Assembly: GCA_010093705.1 (NCBI GenBank) | Contig: MU006103.1 | Location: forward strand, 186,001-250,000 | Source of the DNA: Patellaria atrata CBS 101060 | Taxonomy: Eukaryota | Length of the DNA: 64,000 nt | Reading direction: 5' to 3' | Part shown: one piece after another, positions 48,143-61,500 of the stretch | How positions within the stretch are numbered: the stretch's first letter is position 1 | Layout of the letters: the number at the start of each line of letters is the position of its first letter | Program-made: the position numbers and the translations under genes | Notes under the pieces: model-generated | Told to the model about the DNA's origin: nothing | What the model saw: the letters and a program-made list of their open reading frames with translations, nothing else | Databases searched by the model: none

Positions 48143-49132
48143 CTACCGTCGTCCGCAACCAAGGCGATTCATCGGATGGATCAAGCAGATTAGCGCCGCG
48201 CAAAGCGGAAACCGGTAGGATGTGTGTCGTCTCCTGGCCAATGTTTGTGGTTTGAAGTGACTCCTGGATCCCGCGCCTGAGTGTTCCGAATCTATCCTTG
48301 GACCACTCAATAGCATCCCTACATACTTATTAGCGAAGAGCTCGCAATTTATATCCGTTCCAAATGGCCGACATCGACCTCTTTGGCTGGTATCGATTGG
48401 TGTTGTCGATTGCTTGTACGTCTCTTCGATTGGTACGAACTTATGATCCACGCTGCTGTACGAAGCGGCGCATGTAAAGCGGCGTACCGTCAAGTTCAAC
48501 TTATCATCAACTCCAAAAGACCTATGGGATAGAACCGTCCGTACGACTGTTGATACTCTATACGAATACGTTGCCTGTAGAGCCGAGCCAAATCCCCTTC
48601 CGAGACCAGCAAGCGTCGTGCGAGTACCAACCAAGTAAAGGAAACGGATATCGGGGAACTCACATCTTATTTAGAACCAGCACCAGTTTCTCCACGGGCT
48701 TTACCACGCCCCTTAGTAATTCATCGCGCAGTGTATTCAGCGCAACTTTGGTACTCTCCCCTGAAGCAGCAGCATCAATCACCCATATTGCCACATCTGG
48801 CGTAGTATCCTCTATACCAACATCAGCAGCACCACCCACTCCAAAGGTTCCCACGGTGACATACCAGTCAACACAAACCTTGTAGATTTTGTTCGGAACG
48901 CTTCTTCTATACCATTCTTCCGGAAAAAGGGTACAATTTCTTCGTATCTTTGGATTTGATTTCCTTGTAGTTGTTCTAGTACGTGCATGTCTAGGCCACA
49001 CTAGCAGATATTAAGTAGGAAACTAAATGCACCGGTAACCTTAGGGTTTGATACCTTGTAGATCAAGCTTCCCATTAAAGTCTTCTTCCCGACGCCATCC
49101 CCACCTAAAATTCTTATCGTCTTTGAAGTCAT
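48143..49132 (-). CDS. Small divergent EF1-alpha-like P-loop protein (3' exon unresolved; may be a pseudogene)
   Basis: Spliced manually: MTSKTIRILGGDGVGKKTLMGSLIYK | CGLDMHVLEQL...AFRTKSTRFVLT | [15 protein letters not shown]...KLVLVLNKM | with donors gtatca, gtatgt and gtgagt, all frame-preserving. Confidence 0.6.
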
Positions 49133-51482
49133 GAATAGTAGGATTCTTTACTCTGTTTGAGGGTGAATTAGCTTGCAAGGTCTGCGTCTCTCAGCGGGTA
49201 CGGTCAAGGGCTATGAGCAAGGCCAAGGTGAGGTGAGAATCCGGCACTATACCATCTAAAATAAGCTTAGCGGATCACCAAGCGGAGCAAAAAGTGTAGT
49301 TCTGTCGATGATTATGAGGATCTTAAGGTAGTACGATGCTTTCTATATTTCTTTTTAAATCTATATCTCTTTTATTAGAATTTACAAAATATGGTTAATC
49401 CCCCAGCATACTAGGAGATATCCCACACCTGACTTCCGATGCGTTAACCGATATATTAGGAAGAACGTCGAGTAAGATTTAAGTGTTTTATTAAGTACTT
49501 CTTAAACTTCTTTATCCCGTCCCTTTTTATAAACGTATCTGAGCAGGGATATGAGCTACCCGACCGCCATAGATTCAAGGTGAAGCGTGAAAATCTGTAA
49601 TCAAACGGAAGGGTATCCCCCCGCTAGAGGGTAAGTGTGTAAGGGATACTTTATTTAACTGCCCCTTAAGGGTAGTCAGTCTCCTTCCCTTTTTGGAGGG
49701 GGGGTCAATGTAGTAAGGAGGGGTGTCAAAATAACAGTCCCCTATAAATAATAGATAAATAGGTTCAAGATATAAGAAGCAACACAGGTTCCATATCTAC
49801 GACGATCCAGGATACGCCATCCTCCTCCAAAATTCTTTGCTGGTTGTCCAGATACGTCCTTAGAACTGGATAGTGCAACTGACAGGCTGGAAACTATCTT
49901 ACTCCTAGAACTTGTTCTTTGCAAAATCATACGGTTATATCCTCTACTAAGCAGTGTACATCTGTTATACCATCACATTCTTCCTCTCTCGGCCGCGACA
50001 GTATTACATTATCCAAAACAACAGTCCTCCGTCACGGTCGACTACGCGTTCTTACCGTAGTCCCATTTGCAGTTCCACTGCACAATCTCCGCTCATCATC
50101 ACAAAACCCCGTTACGATCCGCTCCCATTCGCATCCTTTCAAAGCGGAATCCGCGACCCGCACATGAATAGCACGCAGTGCCCGGCATCCCGAGTATATC
50201 TGATCCCTTCTTCCGTATAGACTCTAGCGTAGAGGGAGGGCAGTGTGAGCATAACGAGAAATCTTACGCCAGATCCAGGATAAACGGATACCATGGCATC
50301 GGTACAGTATGCAGTAGAAGAACGCCTTGATAACACTTCCCTTAAAATTTTCCAGGAGACAATATTCCGAGCAAGGAATCAACGCAACAACACCAAATCA
50401 AAAAAGCCAAAATCCGAAAATGGTCAGCGCTGAATGCCGGATCGATAGGGACAGCACGGAAACATGTGGTGCAACTTCGAAGGACGCATAGGGCTGAAGG
50501 ACAAAATAAAAACTGTCCGCAATGGTACAAGGATTCCAATCAAAGAATCGACGTAGACGGAAAAGGATATGGTAATATGTGCGAAGCTTTTCCATAGGGC
50601 TGTGCCATGCACAAAGATCTCAGCCCTATGGGAGCTGACTCATCGTCATCCGTGCAGCGTGGCGCTAGCAAATCCGCACTTCTCAAGCAGGGAAAGTTGA
50701 ATTGGTCTGCGGACTAAGAACTAAGGACTTCAAGTTAGAAACGTATCAATGCGCATAAGGGTGGAGAGCAGAAAGACAAAATCGCAGTAATTGAGAGACT
50801 TTCTATTCGTCTTCTGGGTATGCAGTTGACATTATTTTTGGAAAGAAAAACCAGTATGAATGGGGGAGGTCACTGAACGCAAAATCTCTTTATACCAATT
50901 CAAAGGTTGAGAAATAATTGATTTGCGCCTACGCCTTTTGATCTCGTCAGGCGCTGTGTATCTACAGCCGAATAGAGAGTAAAACCCATCAGGTCCAAGA
51001 CTACGTAACTACGTGAAATTTAAGAAGGGAGTTAAGCAGTGAAACTGATAAAGACTTTACTCCATGCATGACTTGTGAAAAGATAAGCCACATCATCAAT
51101 TGCGAGCCGCCACAATATGCTTCTCTAAAGACAAAATATGACAAGAACTCGTTGAGTAGTAGAAGACGGAAAGAAATACAAGTTCCCAAACATGCAGAAA
51201 TAAATCTAAAACAGCTGAGAAGAGCCAAGCGAGTGACAGCTTCAGGGTATCTGGTCCATGAAACGAAGAACGAAATAAGAAATATTCTAGTAATACAAGT
51301 TCGAATACAGAAACTGAAACTTTGACGAAACACGCTTTTGCGAATGCAGAAATGACTTAAACAGAAAGATGAGCACGTGGTCGTGAATCCGACTCCCGGA
51401 AAAAAAAATACAAAACAAATCATCATCTTGACATTTTAACAGCAAAAAGAATCAGCTACAGTTAACGAGATCAGAAGAGTAT

Positions 51483-53323
51483 TCAGCTCCTGATCCTCTT
51501 CGGAAGCCCTCCTTCTGAGCCTTCCGATGTTTTTCGCTTCCGGTCCGAGTCTTCATCCCTAAAGCTTGGGCCACTTGTAACCACTGGCGTCTGGAATGTA
51601 AGTGGACTCGGAAGCACATTGGACTCCCTACCAAAACCCCACTCTGGATAGAAGCTTGAGGGAGAAGGCAGTAAACCGTCAGCTACAAAGCGGCTTGGTA
51701 AAGCAGATATTGGCGTTTCCATGTCGCTTCTGCTGCCGTAAGAATTACTGTTGACCGGAGGAGCAGGGCGAGCGAAAGGATTTGGTGGACCGGTGGCACC
51801 TGCGCTGAGAAGCGCACTTGCACTTGGAGAAGGAGGAGGAAGGACTACACTCGAAGTATGAGATGTCTCCGTGCTACCTTTTGGTGCCGTGGACACCGAA
51901 GCATCCTTTGGAGAGGATCCGGCTGTACTTCCAGCATCAGAATGCTCGCTCGGGATCTCTACCCTGAGGCGAGGTCGTCTAGGATCCATTTGCATGCTGT
52001 TGGTTCGGGAAGGTGGAGGAATATTAGGTAAGGAAGAAGTTGATGCTGTTCGTTGTGGTTGTGGAGGTACCTGAGGTAAAACTTGTGCTCTGGGTGGCTG
52101 AGGGGACGAACCATTTGTTTGTGGTCGGGCGATACTGGCCACATCAATAGATTGCGATCTTGGACCTGCTTCCAACTTCATCGGAGGACTAGTTTTGGAG
52201 GTTTCGTTGCCTATGTTACCCCAGTGTTGAGCTAAAGACCCATCAATCGGAGTGAAGATACTGTGAGACTTCGCAGCTAGTGGCAATGGTTTAGGTTGCG
52301 GGAGAGGAGGACTTTGAAATTGGTTATGTTCAGGTTGCGGAGGGGATGGGACGTTTATTGTGGGTTGTTGAGGGCGTTCATGTTGCGGGAAAGCTGGTGG
52401 CATAGACTGCCGCCGTTGCTCCTGTAAATAAGCTTGCTGAACCTGTGAATGAGCAGGAGGTGGATATGTGAACCCTAATTGCGGTTGATGCTGCGAATGG
52501 GGTTGCTGCTGCTGAGGTGGAGGAGGGGGTGGTCCTGGTGGCTTCACAGACATGTTTGGTGGTCCACCCACCGGAGGACCGTTATAAATTGGAGGATTTG
52601 GCATGTACGCAAAGCTATTCTGTTGAGCCGGTTGGGAGGTTGGATGATGTGGAGGGACTGCAAGATTTGAGCTGGACCTCCGAATATGTGTGCGGGACGC
52701 AGGACGAGAGATCCCATGAGGTTGCGGGGAAGGATGTCTGTGATGAAATGCAATGCTATTTGGCATGGGAGGAGAAGCGGAGGGTGTATGATGCCGTATA
52801 TGTTGATACGCCTGGTTTTGTAGAGGATGGTGCAACATCCCGTGCTCTGGTGGAGAGTGAGAATGATGAACTTGATCTTCCATAACCTCATCATCTTCAT
52901 CGTCATCGTCGCCATCCCGCTTGCCCATGAAGTCCTCTGGGCCCTTGTGCTCGTGCGCGCCTCCATACTATTATTTTAGTTAGCTATCTTCCTCTTGGGT
53001 GTAGATATATTGCGCGTGCATACGTATTGATAGCGTCCTATTGTTTCGTTGATGTCGCCAGACGAAAACTCATACAGCTTCTTGTTGTGGCCAAATATGA
53101 TGACAGCGACATCGACAGAGCATAGAACTGAAAGTTCATGCGCCTTCTTGAATAAACCGCCTTTGCGTTTTAAAAATGTTCTGTTTCATAGAATCGTTGA
53201 TTAGTAGGATGATCTAATAATTGTCGTGTCTTAGGCGGGTGCTTGCGGCTGCAGCGGTGGCACTTACACTGATCTGTTACGATCATCCTTGATGGCCTTG
53301 ATCTCAATCTTTCTACGACCCAT
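51483..53323 (-). CDS. rlmA: MEF2-type MADS-box transcription factor RlmA/Rlm1, 3 exons
   Basis: [19 protein letters not shown] | [41 protein letters not shown]-terminal [11 protein letters not shown] and [11 protein letters not shown]. Confidence 0.95.
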
Positions 53324-53631
53324 TGTGTCGAGAATTAACGGCAACGCGCATCAGTTGGCGTGCGCAAGGTAGGGTGATGATATTCGAATGTGGGGAAGGT
53401 AATGGTGGATGAAAGTTCAACGGTGTTCAATGAAATCTCTTTATGAAGCGAGAAGAGATGGACGCCTGGAGTGCTTTGTGCACACAAAGAGGCAATGCTC
53501 GCGGGATTGAGGAGAGTATATGACTTTTCGAGTGTGTGTACAATATCACGATGTCTATGCGGCTCCACTAATGGCAAGCAGCTCTGTATTCCCAAGCTCG
53601 TGAATTGGTCGAGGTGTGGGTTAGACTTGAT

Positions 53632-53641
53632 CTAAATTTAG
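53632..53641. promoter_or_regulatory. Rlm1/MEF2 consensus site CTA(A/T)4TAG
   Basis: CTAAATTTAG, a palindrome about 310 bp upstream of the rlmA ATG. Confidence 0.55.
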
Positions 53642-55834
53642 GAGACAGAAGATCGGAAGATTTGGGTGAGCGAACACGCCTGCTTTTGGGGCCAGCACAC
53701 GTTGAAAGAAAGCAGAAGTGCAGAAGCATGGCATGGCCCCAGTCTGGGCATCGAAAGAGGGGACATGGGGGGTGTGAGGAGAAAGAAGGCATTGAGCCTT
53801 CCTCTTTGGTCCTGTCTCTCCCCCAGTTCCTGCCCTCTGCCTTACGACTGGTCCCCAAATTTCTTAACGCCCTGCCGTGCCCACCATCGAGTCCACCTGT
53901 CCATCATCTTTTTCCATCTCTTCCATCTTTTCATTCGCTAATCTGACATTACTGCCGCAAATTATGCTCCTTTTCCGCATGAGCGAAGCCAATCGTAGCC
54001 CAACCACGTCTGACCAAATCACCGAAAATGGGTTAGTACTTAGTATAGATGTTCCCAGAATAGCTCATTTTGCGGTATTAGCCTCCTCACCCTTACCCAC
54101 TTTACCATGTACTCTCGACAACGGCTTTCTTTCTGTCCTCATCATAACACTCCATGCCCTCGTGTACCCCCTCCTGTACCCTTTCCTTGTATCTGTTATT
54201 CCCCTCTCGTCACTAATTGTGCCCTGTCAAGACGGCTGTCCTGTGAAGTTGGTTTCCAGGTTGTATTTTAGACCGTTTCCCCTTCCACTGGTCTGCCATA
54301 TCTGATCTCCCTTGTCCATCTGATGCACACGGTACGCAAATATAGTTGAAGAACGCGTACCCAAATAGTTCGATACATTGTTTGTATACTCATTCTTAGG
54401 GAGTTACTGTCAATGAGGTAGCTGTATATTCAAGCTCCCTGTGTTTCTTCTTAGGACCGCCTTGTGAGTGAGTTTTGTAAAAAAAAAAAAAAAAAGGGAC
54501 TTCGTGGTACCTAGAGCCATATCTTGAAACTCCCGAGCGAGATATATCAGTATCGAATATACGGATTAGATGGTCTATCTCGCTTCTTGGTTCGATACTT
54601 CAAAACTTAGTTCAAGCTCTTGACGTCTACCGTAGTTTTACAAGGCTGAAGATTAACAGTCCCTGTTCATATCAGTCGTTCAACGCGCAGCCTTTTTTTG
54701 ATAATGGTTAGACAAACGACAGCGGGCGTCAGAATATACATAGCCTAGGCTTTCTTTACTCGCGCTATTTTCTGTAGATGTTTATTCTTTACTACAGATC
54801 TCGCATCTTGTGCAACCCTCGGATGCAACACCAAAATCACAGCATATGCCTGACGTACGATGTTGTAATGTGTCTACTGTGCTGTACCGTCACAAGTAAG
54901 GTACTGTACAGTTCTATCATTATTTGCTGGCCGCCGGTAATATGACTGTGTACGCTTTACCTGTAGACATGCAGGTATCCTACATGGTCTCTTACGTCAC
55001 TTGTACAGTGTCATAACGGCTCAGCACGATTTAATAGACTTGAAGTATGAAAAACTATTGTATCTTTTAGAAAAAGAGTACATACCTCAAAGACGGTCAC
55101 TGGTAAGGAGCTCCCCATGTTCGAAGCTCGTCTACATCTCGCCTCGTGCGTAGCTCGTGCGCATGTTCTGCAGATGCGGGCAGTTCCCAGGAACAAAGTA
55201 AGAAACATTCTGCAAATAAGATGCATCGAAGAATTTGTTTCAAGTGTCCAAACCAGTAATCTGCAACTAGCAGATTATGCAAGACTATCGGAGTGTAGAG
55301 TTCGCAGTGCAGTTCAAGTGGAGGGAATCCTTTCGCCAAAGCTTGTGGCTTGGGCGGGTCACCGTGGGCCGAGCGCTTAAGCGCTCACGTTCCGCAAACC
55401 TTGCTGACGATCTTTCTAACAATAGTTTCTGGAACCTTAGGTTGTGGATGATCTTCAGGATCCAGAGGTCACTTTTCCATCTGTCTTCAGAATACTTCCC
55501 TTTCATCTGAGGATAACCGCTCTAGACTTCGACTCTTTGTCATGAACTAGCGGGTAAGAAAGCCGTTCCAACTTATCCCGTTTCATAATCACCGCAGCCC
55601 TATGTGTTCCTGAAAGCCAAAGACAGGGACGTTCATGAAACAATTTTCTGATAGGTCGTATGTTTCATTAAACAAATTTGACCTGGTAGAAACACCATTT
55701 TTGACATGCAGGGCTATTTAGAGACAAATATCTGGCGTTTTTGTGGAATTTAGTACAATGATTTGATTTTCTAAAAGTATGTTGCTCCTATTTCTAACAA
55801 TGATTTCCGGTATATGCAAGATCTAGGAGGTTAT

Positions 55835-56346
55835 TCAAGTTTTCTGGGCGTCATGACCCCAGTTTTTCAGACTCTTGTAAGATCGGCTATCTGTATTCTT
55901 CTTCGCGGTTTCTTCCTGGGCAAGATGTCGTTTGCAATAGGCCACGACCCTTCGCATATGATCTATATCGTCTTGATCATATTGATCAGGGTCTTTCTTC
56001 GGGTTCTTCTCGAGGATCTGGATGATCTTTCGCCCACTAAAATGGAAACATCAACATAAACTTAGCTTCATGAAATGAAGGGACTGTTGTTACCTTTCAT
56101 GACCAATGGTCTCGCCGCTTCCATCGTCTTTAGCCCTACAAATAATTAGTAAAACCTCTACAGAGCAGCGAAGATTAAAAAGCAAACCATCCAGAACCTG
56201 CAGACTCTTCTTTACTAAGCCACTCCTTCAGCTCTTCAGAATTCATATTAACAAGCTCATTAAACTCTCTGTTGAAATGTGTGAGTATAATGGAAGCAGG
56301 TCGCATAACTGACTTACTCAATCACAGTCTCCCTATCTTTGACCAT
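55835..56346 (-). CDS. DUF3140 family small protein, 4 exons (absent from the ORF track)
   Basis: MVKDRETVIE | EFNELVNMNSEELKEWLSKEESAGSGW | AKDDGSGETIGHES | GRKIIQILEKNPKKDPDQYDQDDIDHMRRVVAYCKRHLAQEETAKKNTDSRSYKSLKNWGHDAQKT*; VNM..EL..WL, GHESGR, HMRRV and SLKNWGHD are the family-type motifs. Confidence 0.88.
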
Positions 56347-58528
56347 TTTGCCCACCGACGTGTCCAAGTTATGACTTTTTACGACAAGAAGATGCTCTTA
56401 TAACGAAAATTATGACTGGTGTTGAGAAAGAATTTGTGTATGAAGACCGTAGCGCATAACAAGCAAGATGTATTACATCATGAGTCCGGATTTGGATAGT
56501 CATCACGTGAAAAGAAATTTAGACGAATAAATGAATTGATTTTATAGATAGGAATAGAAAGTAGGTAGCTCGATATGTTTAGATTATAAAAGTTGATTTC
56601 GAGGTTCTAGCCAAATAACTGAGAGAATACTGTGATTCAAGAGGCTAAGGCTAGCTTCTGTATTGAATGGATGAACAGAAAGCATTTTAAGACTGATAGA
56701 AACTTACCTAGAGTGAAACCTCTGTCCTGTGCAAGCTCTTAGTATGTATTGTATCAATTAGTAAGTTTGCAGGAATGACCTTGATGATCAGGTAAGTTAC
56801 AGCGTGGTGAGAAGCGATGTTCCAGCTTTGACGAATGCCACTCAATACAGACCGACTCCGAGTTTGATAATATCTGTGATTATTCACCACAATAGGACGT
56901 ATTGGTCTAAGTACGTATATCTCAAACAAAACACCGCCATTACCTGAGATGATAGTTTCTAGTTGTGCGAATAGTTGCTGTGGTCTCATTCGAGGCGCAA
57001 ATCTATCGCCAGTTACAGATCTGGAATAAAACTAGTTCGGGAGACGACAATTTAGATTTACTCGACTTAAGCTGTTATTTTACGCCCGATCAGGTCATAG
57101 ACGTTAGTGGTTCTAGAGAGGACGCGAGAGATATATGGCGTGATGCCGGAATAAAAAGAAAAGAAAATAAGAATTAATCGGATGATTTATCTTTTAAAAT
57201 GGCACTTTGTGTACTCTTGAGGTGGAATACAAACATACGTCTGCTGTAGAACTACTGTACTCGTGGTGGTTTGGTACTCTGCGACACGCGAGCGCATCTC
57301 CACACTGTACTTGACTGGGCGAAGGTGGTTCCTTGTGTAACAAGCACATTCAACGTTCATACCCAAGTAATAAGTATTCTCAAGAACTAAGGTCGATGTC
57401 TTTTGCTAGAGGTGACGAGCTGGGTAATACACCTCAGGCTAGAGGGAATTGTCTGGAAAAGTAACTTTCTTCGATTACGGGTGCAGGTAGAGGTGCGAGT
57501 ATCTCTTTTCTGGATACGACGCATATACCTTATGCCGTATCTTATTCGCTGTCCCGCAAATGTGGAAAGTTTCTTACGAGTATTTCCTTTCCTGGAGGAG
57601 AGCCGATACCTGAAGAGCCGGTTGTAATGAGCTCCCTCATAGTAAGCAAGGAATGAGGAGAGCAGCCATTCGATGACCCTCAATGGTCCACGACGCGGGT
57701 ATATGATGATCATAATATTATTGGCGTAGCGAGTGGTTGTTGTGAACTCGTGTGTTGTCTTTGCGTAGTGTTGAAAGGTGCGGAAGGTTAGGTTCAAGGG
57801 GTAATGCCGTGAGCTTGGCATGTTTGGTATGTTTGGCTGGATCTATGAGTTGGCAAAAGCTAGCGATGTCAATTCCTTTGATTGGACCCTTGAACCAATA
57901 ATCGAAGCTTGACTCCTGGTAGCTCTGCCTGAGAACCCCTGAACAAGTCAAAAAGGTCCCGAGCGGGAAAGGGCGACCGTACTATCCATGCGCTGCTTGG
58001 GCAGGTGCGAGCCACAGGTGACCGGGAGTCTTTCCATTTGCTTGGAGTTGCTTCATCACCCTGAATCTCTTTCTCATTTCATAAAACCCCCAAAAGTACA
58101 TGTAACCTGACATCGAACTATCCCACCTTCACGACAACCTCAAAACCACCCTGGGGATCTTTCATCCTCTTCAGTTTTGGAATTGAGGAACATCTCTTAT
58201 CGATACACGTTCAATTCTCCACAATCAAAGCTTCTCTCGCTTGCTGTACCGCTTGTGCAGCCAACTTTCTGCAGACGCGACTTTCTGCCGATCCCTGCAT
58301 CACAGTTCGCCCCTAAAAATTTGGCCTGGCGCGCTCAATTATATCACTGACAACTCCACCCACATACTTAACTATTGCGCTCCTCTACTGATCTGTCAAT
58401 TCGACCTACATGCATTCCCCTAATCTGATCCGCGTATAAGCTTTCCGTACAGCAGTTGAAACCAGCTTACTCGAGCTGGATCGGGCCTTCAACGATAATC
58501 GCGCCCCTCCTCGACCCCGGACATCGAG

Positions 58529-61500
58529 ATGCCATTCTTTTCAAAGGTTTTCAAGGGTAAAGATGGAGCTTCATCCAAATCTCGCAAGCTTGCGGATCAG
58601 CACAATGGCCAGATAGATGTCGCGCCAAAACCTCGGTGGGAAGAATCATGGACCCGCAAACAGGTCTCATGTGAAGAAGTGCAAGAGTTGATCCATGTGT
58701 GTACCCAGGAGTTGAAATCTAGAGGTACGATATACATGTTCCCATACCAAAGTAGATTATAACTAATTTGGCTGAACAAAAAGCGTTGGACACGCCACTT
58801 CTCCTCCTGCCTTTTCGACCGGAGTCTGATCCTTCTGGGGCCAAATCACTCATTCGAAACTTATTCAAGTCCCAGTATGAAGGAACGCCGCAATTTACTG
58901 GAACAAGTCTTCAGCAAGAGCTCTTACTTACGGAACCAATGGTAGGCTGCGAAATGGTATTTGAAACAGAACTCCATCTGACTGTTATAGGTCCTCTGTA
59001 GTGTAATGAAATGGTGCTGGAGCAGACTTCCTGGTGGGGTCGTGACATGGGAAGCTTATGAGCTCTTCAAAATTGGCGAGCAAGGTAAGACATGATAGTA
59101 CCAGTCCATACGAAAGCATTATTTAATCCCATTTTACAAACAGATTCAAATATGGCCAGACACGCATTCGACACGTTCATACCGCTCAGTGTGGAATCTG
59201 ATGCTCGGAAGCAGATCATATTTGACTTCTTCGATCTCTTAGCAGCAATTGCCGCTAGAGGTAGAACTAACGGCCTGGGAGGACGAAAGTTGTCACGTAT
59301 GGCTGGATGGTGGGCCTTTGAACATTCCGATAACGGCAAAGGCTTCGAAGGGGGTTACAGATCCTGGCAAAGGTACGTTTTGAGGGCTCACTATCTACTT
59401 TGCAGTTACTCATCAATCGATCCTAGTGCTGCCGATGCGTCGAGCCATTTGTTCTTCGCTTACCTACGATCTTTGTCCCCTGATTCCGTAGGCGGAATAA
59501 GTGGCATTTCCACATTACCCCGATCACTCCAAGCTCTACTATCGCAGACGGAGTATCCTCCAGAGCCTCCAACCCTAATGCAGCATTCCACAACTAAAGT
59601 TGTTATGATCGTCGACTCTGTTTCTCCGACTCCCTTTGCACTCTTGCGACGAGCGAAACATTTCGAATATCGAGACGATGATGAAGCGTTGCAAGAGTTC
59701 TCCTCCTACGACGATCCAATCTCAGCATTGACAGACGAATGCCGCCGGGTTCTAAGGGCTATTTCAACAACAAATCAATCCATGCAAGGGCTCCCAGATG
59801 CTTCTTGGTCCCAGTTCGCAGACTTGGGCTTCTCTGGTTTCGGAGACACCGTGGCATCGACATCTAATGGCAGAGCTGATTTTTCCCAAGGCCTTCGTTC
59901 GACTCCCCGATCAAGGACTACTGATCTTGGAAGACCAACGACGCCTTCATGGGCCGATTTCCTCTCATCTGGCTTCACTGATGATCGCCCAAATGCAGGT
60001 GGTGCGCCCTTACTTCTTCCTCCAGACAAAATTTTACCTCCTATTGGAGAAGCACGTGTTCAAAGTTCTCAGTCACATATGAGAAATGGTGCCCAAGACA
60101 ATGAATTGGGACCTGGTGAGCTTGCCAGTATCACACAGCTCGACCTTGACGATACATTCTGGTGGGTCTGGATGACTAGCCTAGCTAGCGAAGAGCCAAC
60201 TGAAAGGAAAGCAGTCTTTGGCCGATGTGCTCTTATTGAAACGAACATTTCAGGTGCGCGCTGGTTGGTAATGGAGGAGCAAGTGAAGGGCGCCACAGAT
60301 GGCCCAGAAGAAGGTGCATACATTGCAGAGAAGAAAGGGAGGTTCAGCTTTACACGACGGGGCCGCCTCGGACGACGGAAATCGACTGGAAAGAAGGTAA
60401 CTAAGGTCGAAGAGCCTTACAACAGAAGCAAGACGAATACCCCGATGAGCAAAACAAGCATCGGTCCAGATCAGCACGCTCGCATACAAGCCGCTGCCGC
60501 GCAACTCGCTCTCAACCAAAAGACGCAAGAAAGTAATGACACCCCACAAAGACGCGGAAGGTTTGACGATGCCACTTCCGTCAAGACTAACAGTGTATTG
60601 ACCCTCCAGCCTCATCTTATCAACGCTGCAACCCCAGCCATGCAATGGGCCAAGGAGTTTGATAAAGACGCAATTCGTGCCCAGTATCTATCGGATCCAC
60701 AAGCTGGTAAGGGTATGAACAGTCCAAGCTTGAACAATCTTACCGCTGGAGCCAATGGTACCTCAGCTCCCTCACCTAGACTACCGATGAATCTCTCAAC
60801 CCGAGACCTGCCAGCTCTTCCAAAGGATATGGAGCTAGAGGCACCTACAGCTAGTGTTAGCTCTCCACCTCCAGCTCCGCTACCTAGCACACCAACCATC
60901 ACTGCATCATCTAAGGTTGCAGAGACCATCGAAGCTGCTCGTGTCCCTCTCCCAGCTACAACGCCCTTAGATGAGAAACCAATAACTCACGATTCAGAAC
61001 GGGATATCCACCCCGCATATCGACAAAAGACTGAAGAAAGGCCACCGCTTGTACCTACAGAGACAAATTATGCGAAGGATGCAGCCAGAGCAGCATGGGA
61101 GTCGAGACCAATTGAGCCAGAGTCTCCTCATCAGAAGAAGAGCCCTCCTAATAAATTGAAAAAGACATCTGGCGGAGGTGCAAGTGGAGGGTTCAAGAAG
61201 TTTTTCGGAATGAAGAAGCAAGAACCTGCAGGCCGCTCTTCGACACCTCAACCAACAGAGCAAGTTGCCACCGTAAAGGCTCCCCAACAAACAATCGGCA
61301 GACGGATGTCGTTATTGAGAAAGAAGCCATCACCTGCTCCTTCCCCTATCGAAGATGAAGTTTTGGAACCTCCAACTATGCCAGTTGTGCAAGCTGAACG
61401 GAGTTTGCAATCATCCCAGCCAAGCCCAGACATGTCAGCTGTATCATTACAACGGGAAGACCCGAGGTCTGCTCTCTCACGCGTCGACACAGATGAGCAA

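Noticed and set aside
57387..57821. 144-aa basic ORF upstream of MSB1
   Set aside because: No recognisable domain and atypical composition; cannot be supported without expression data.
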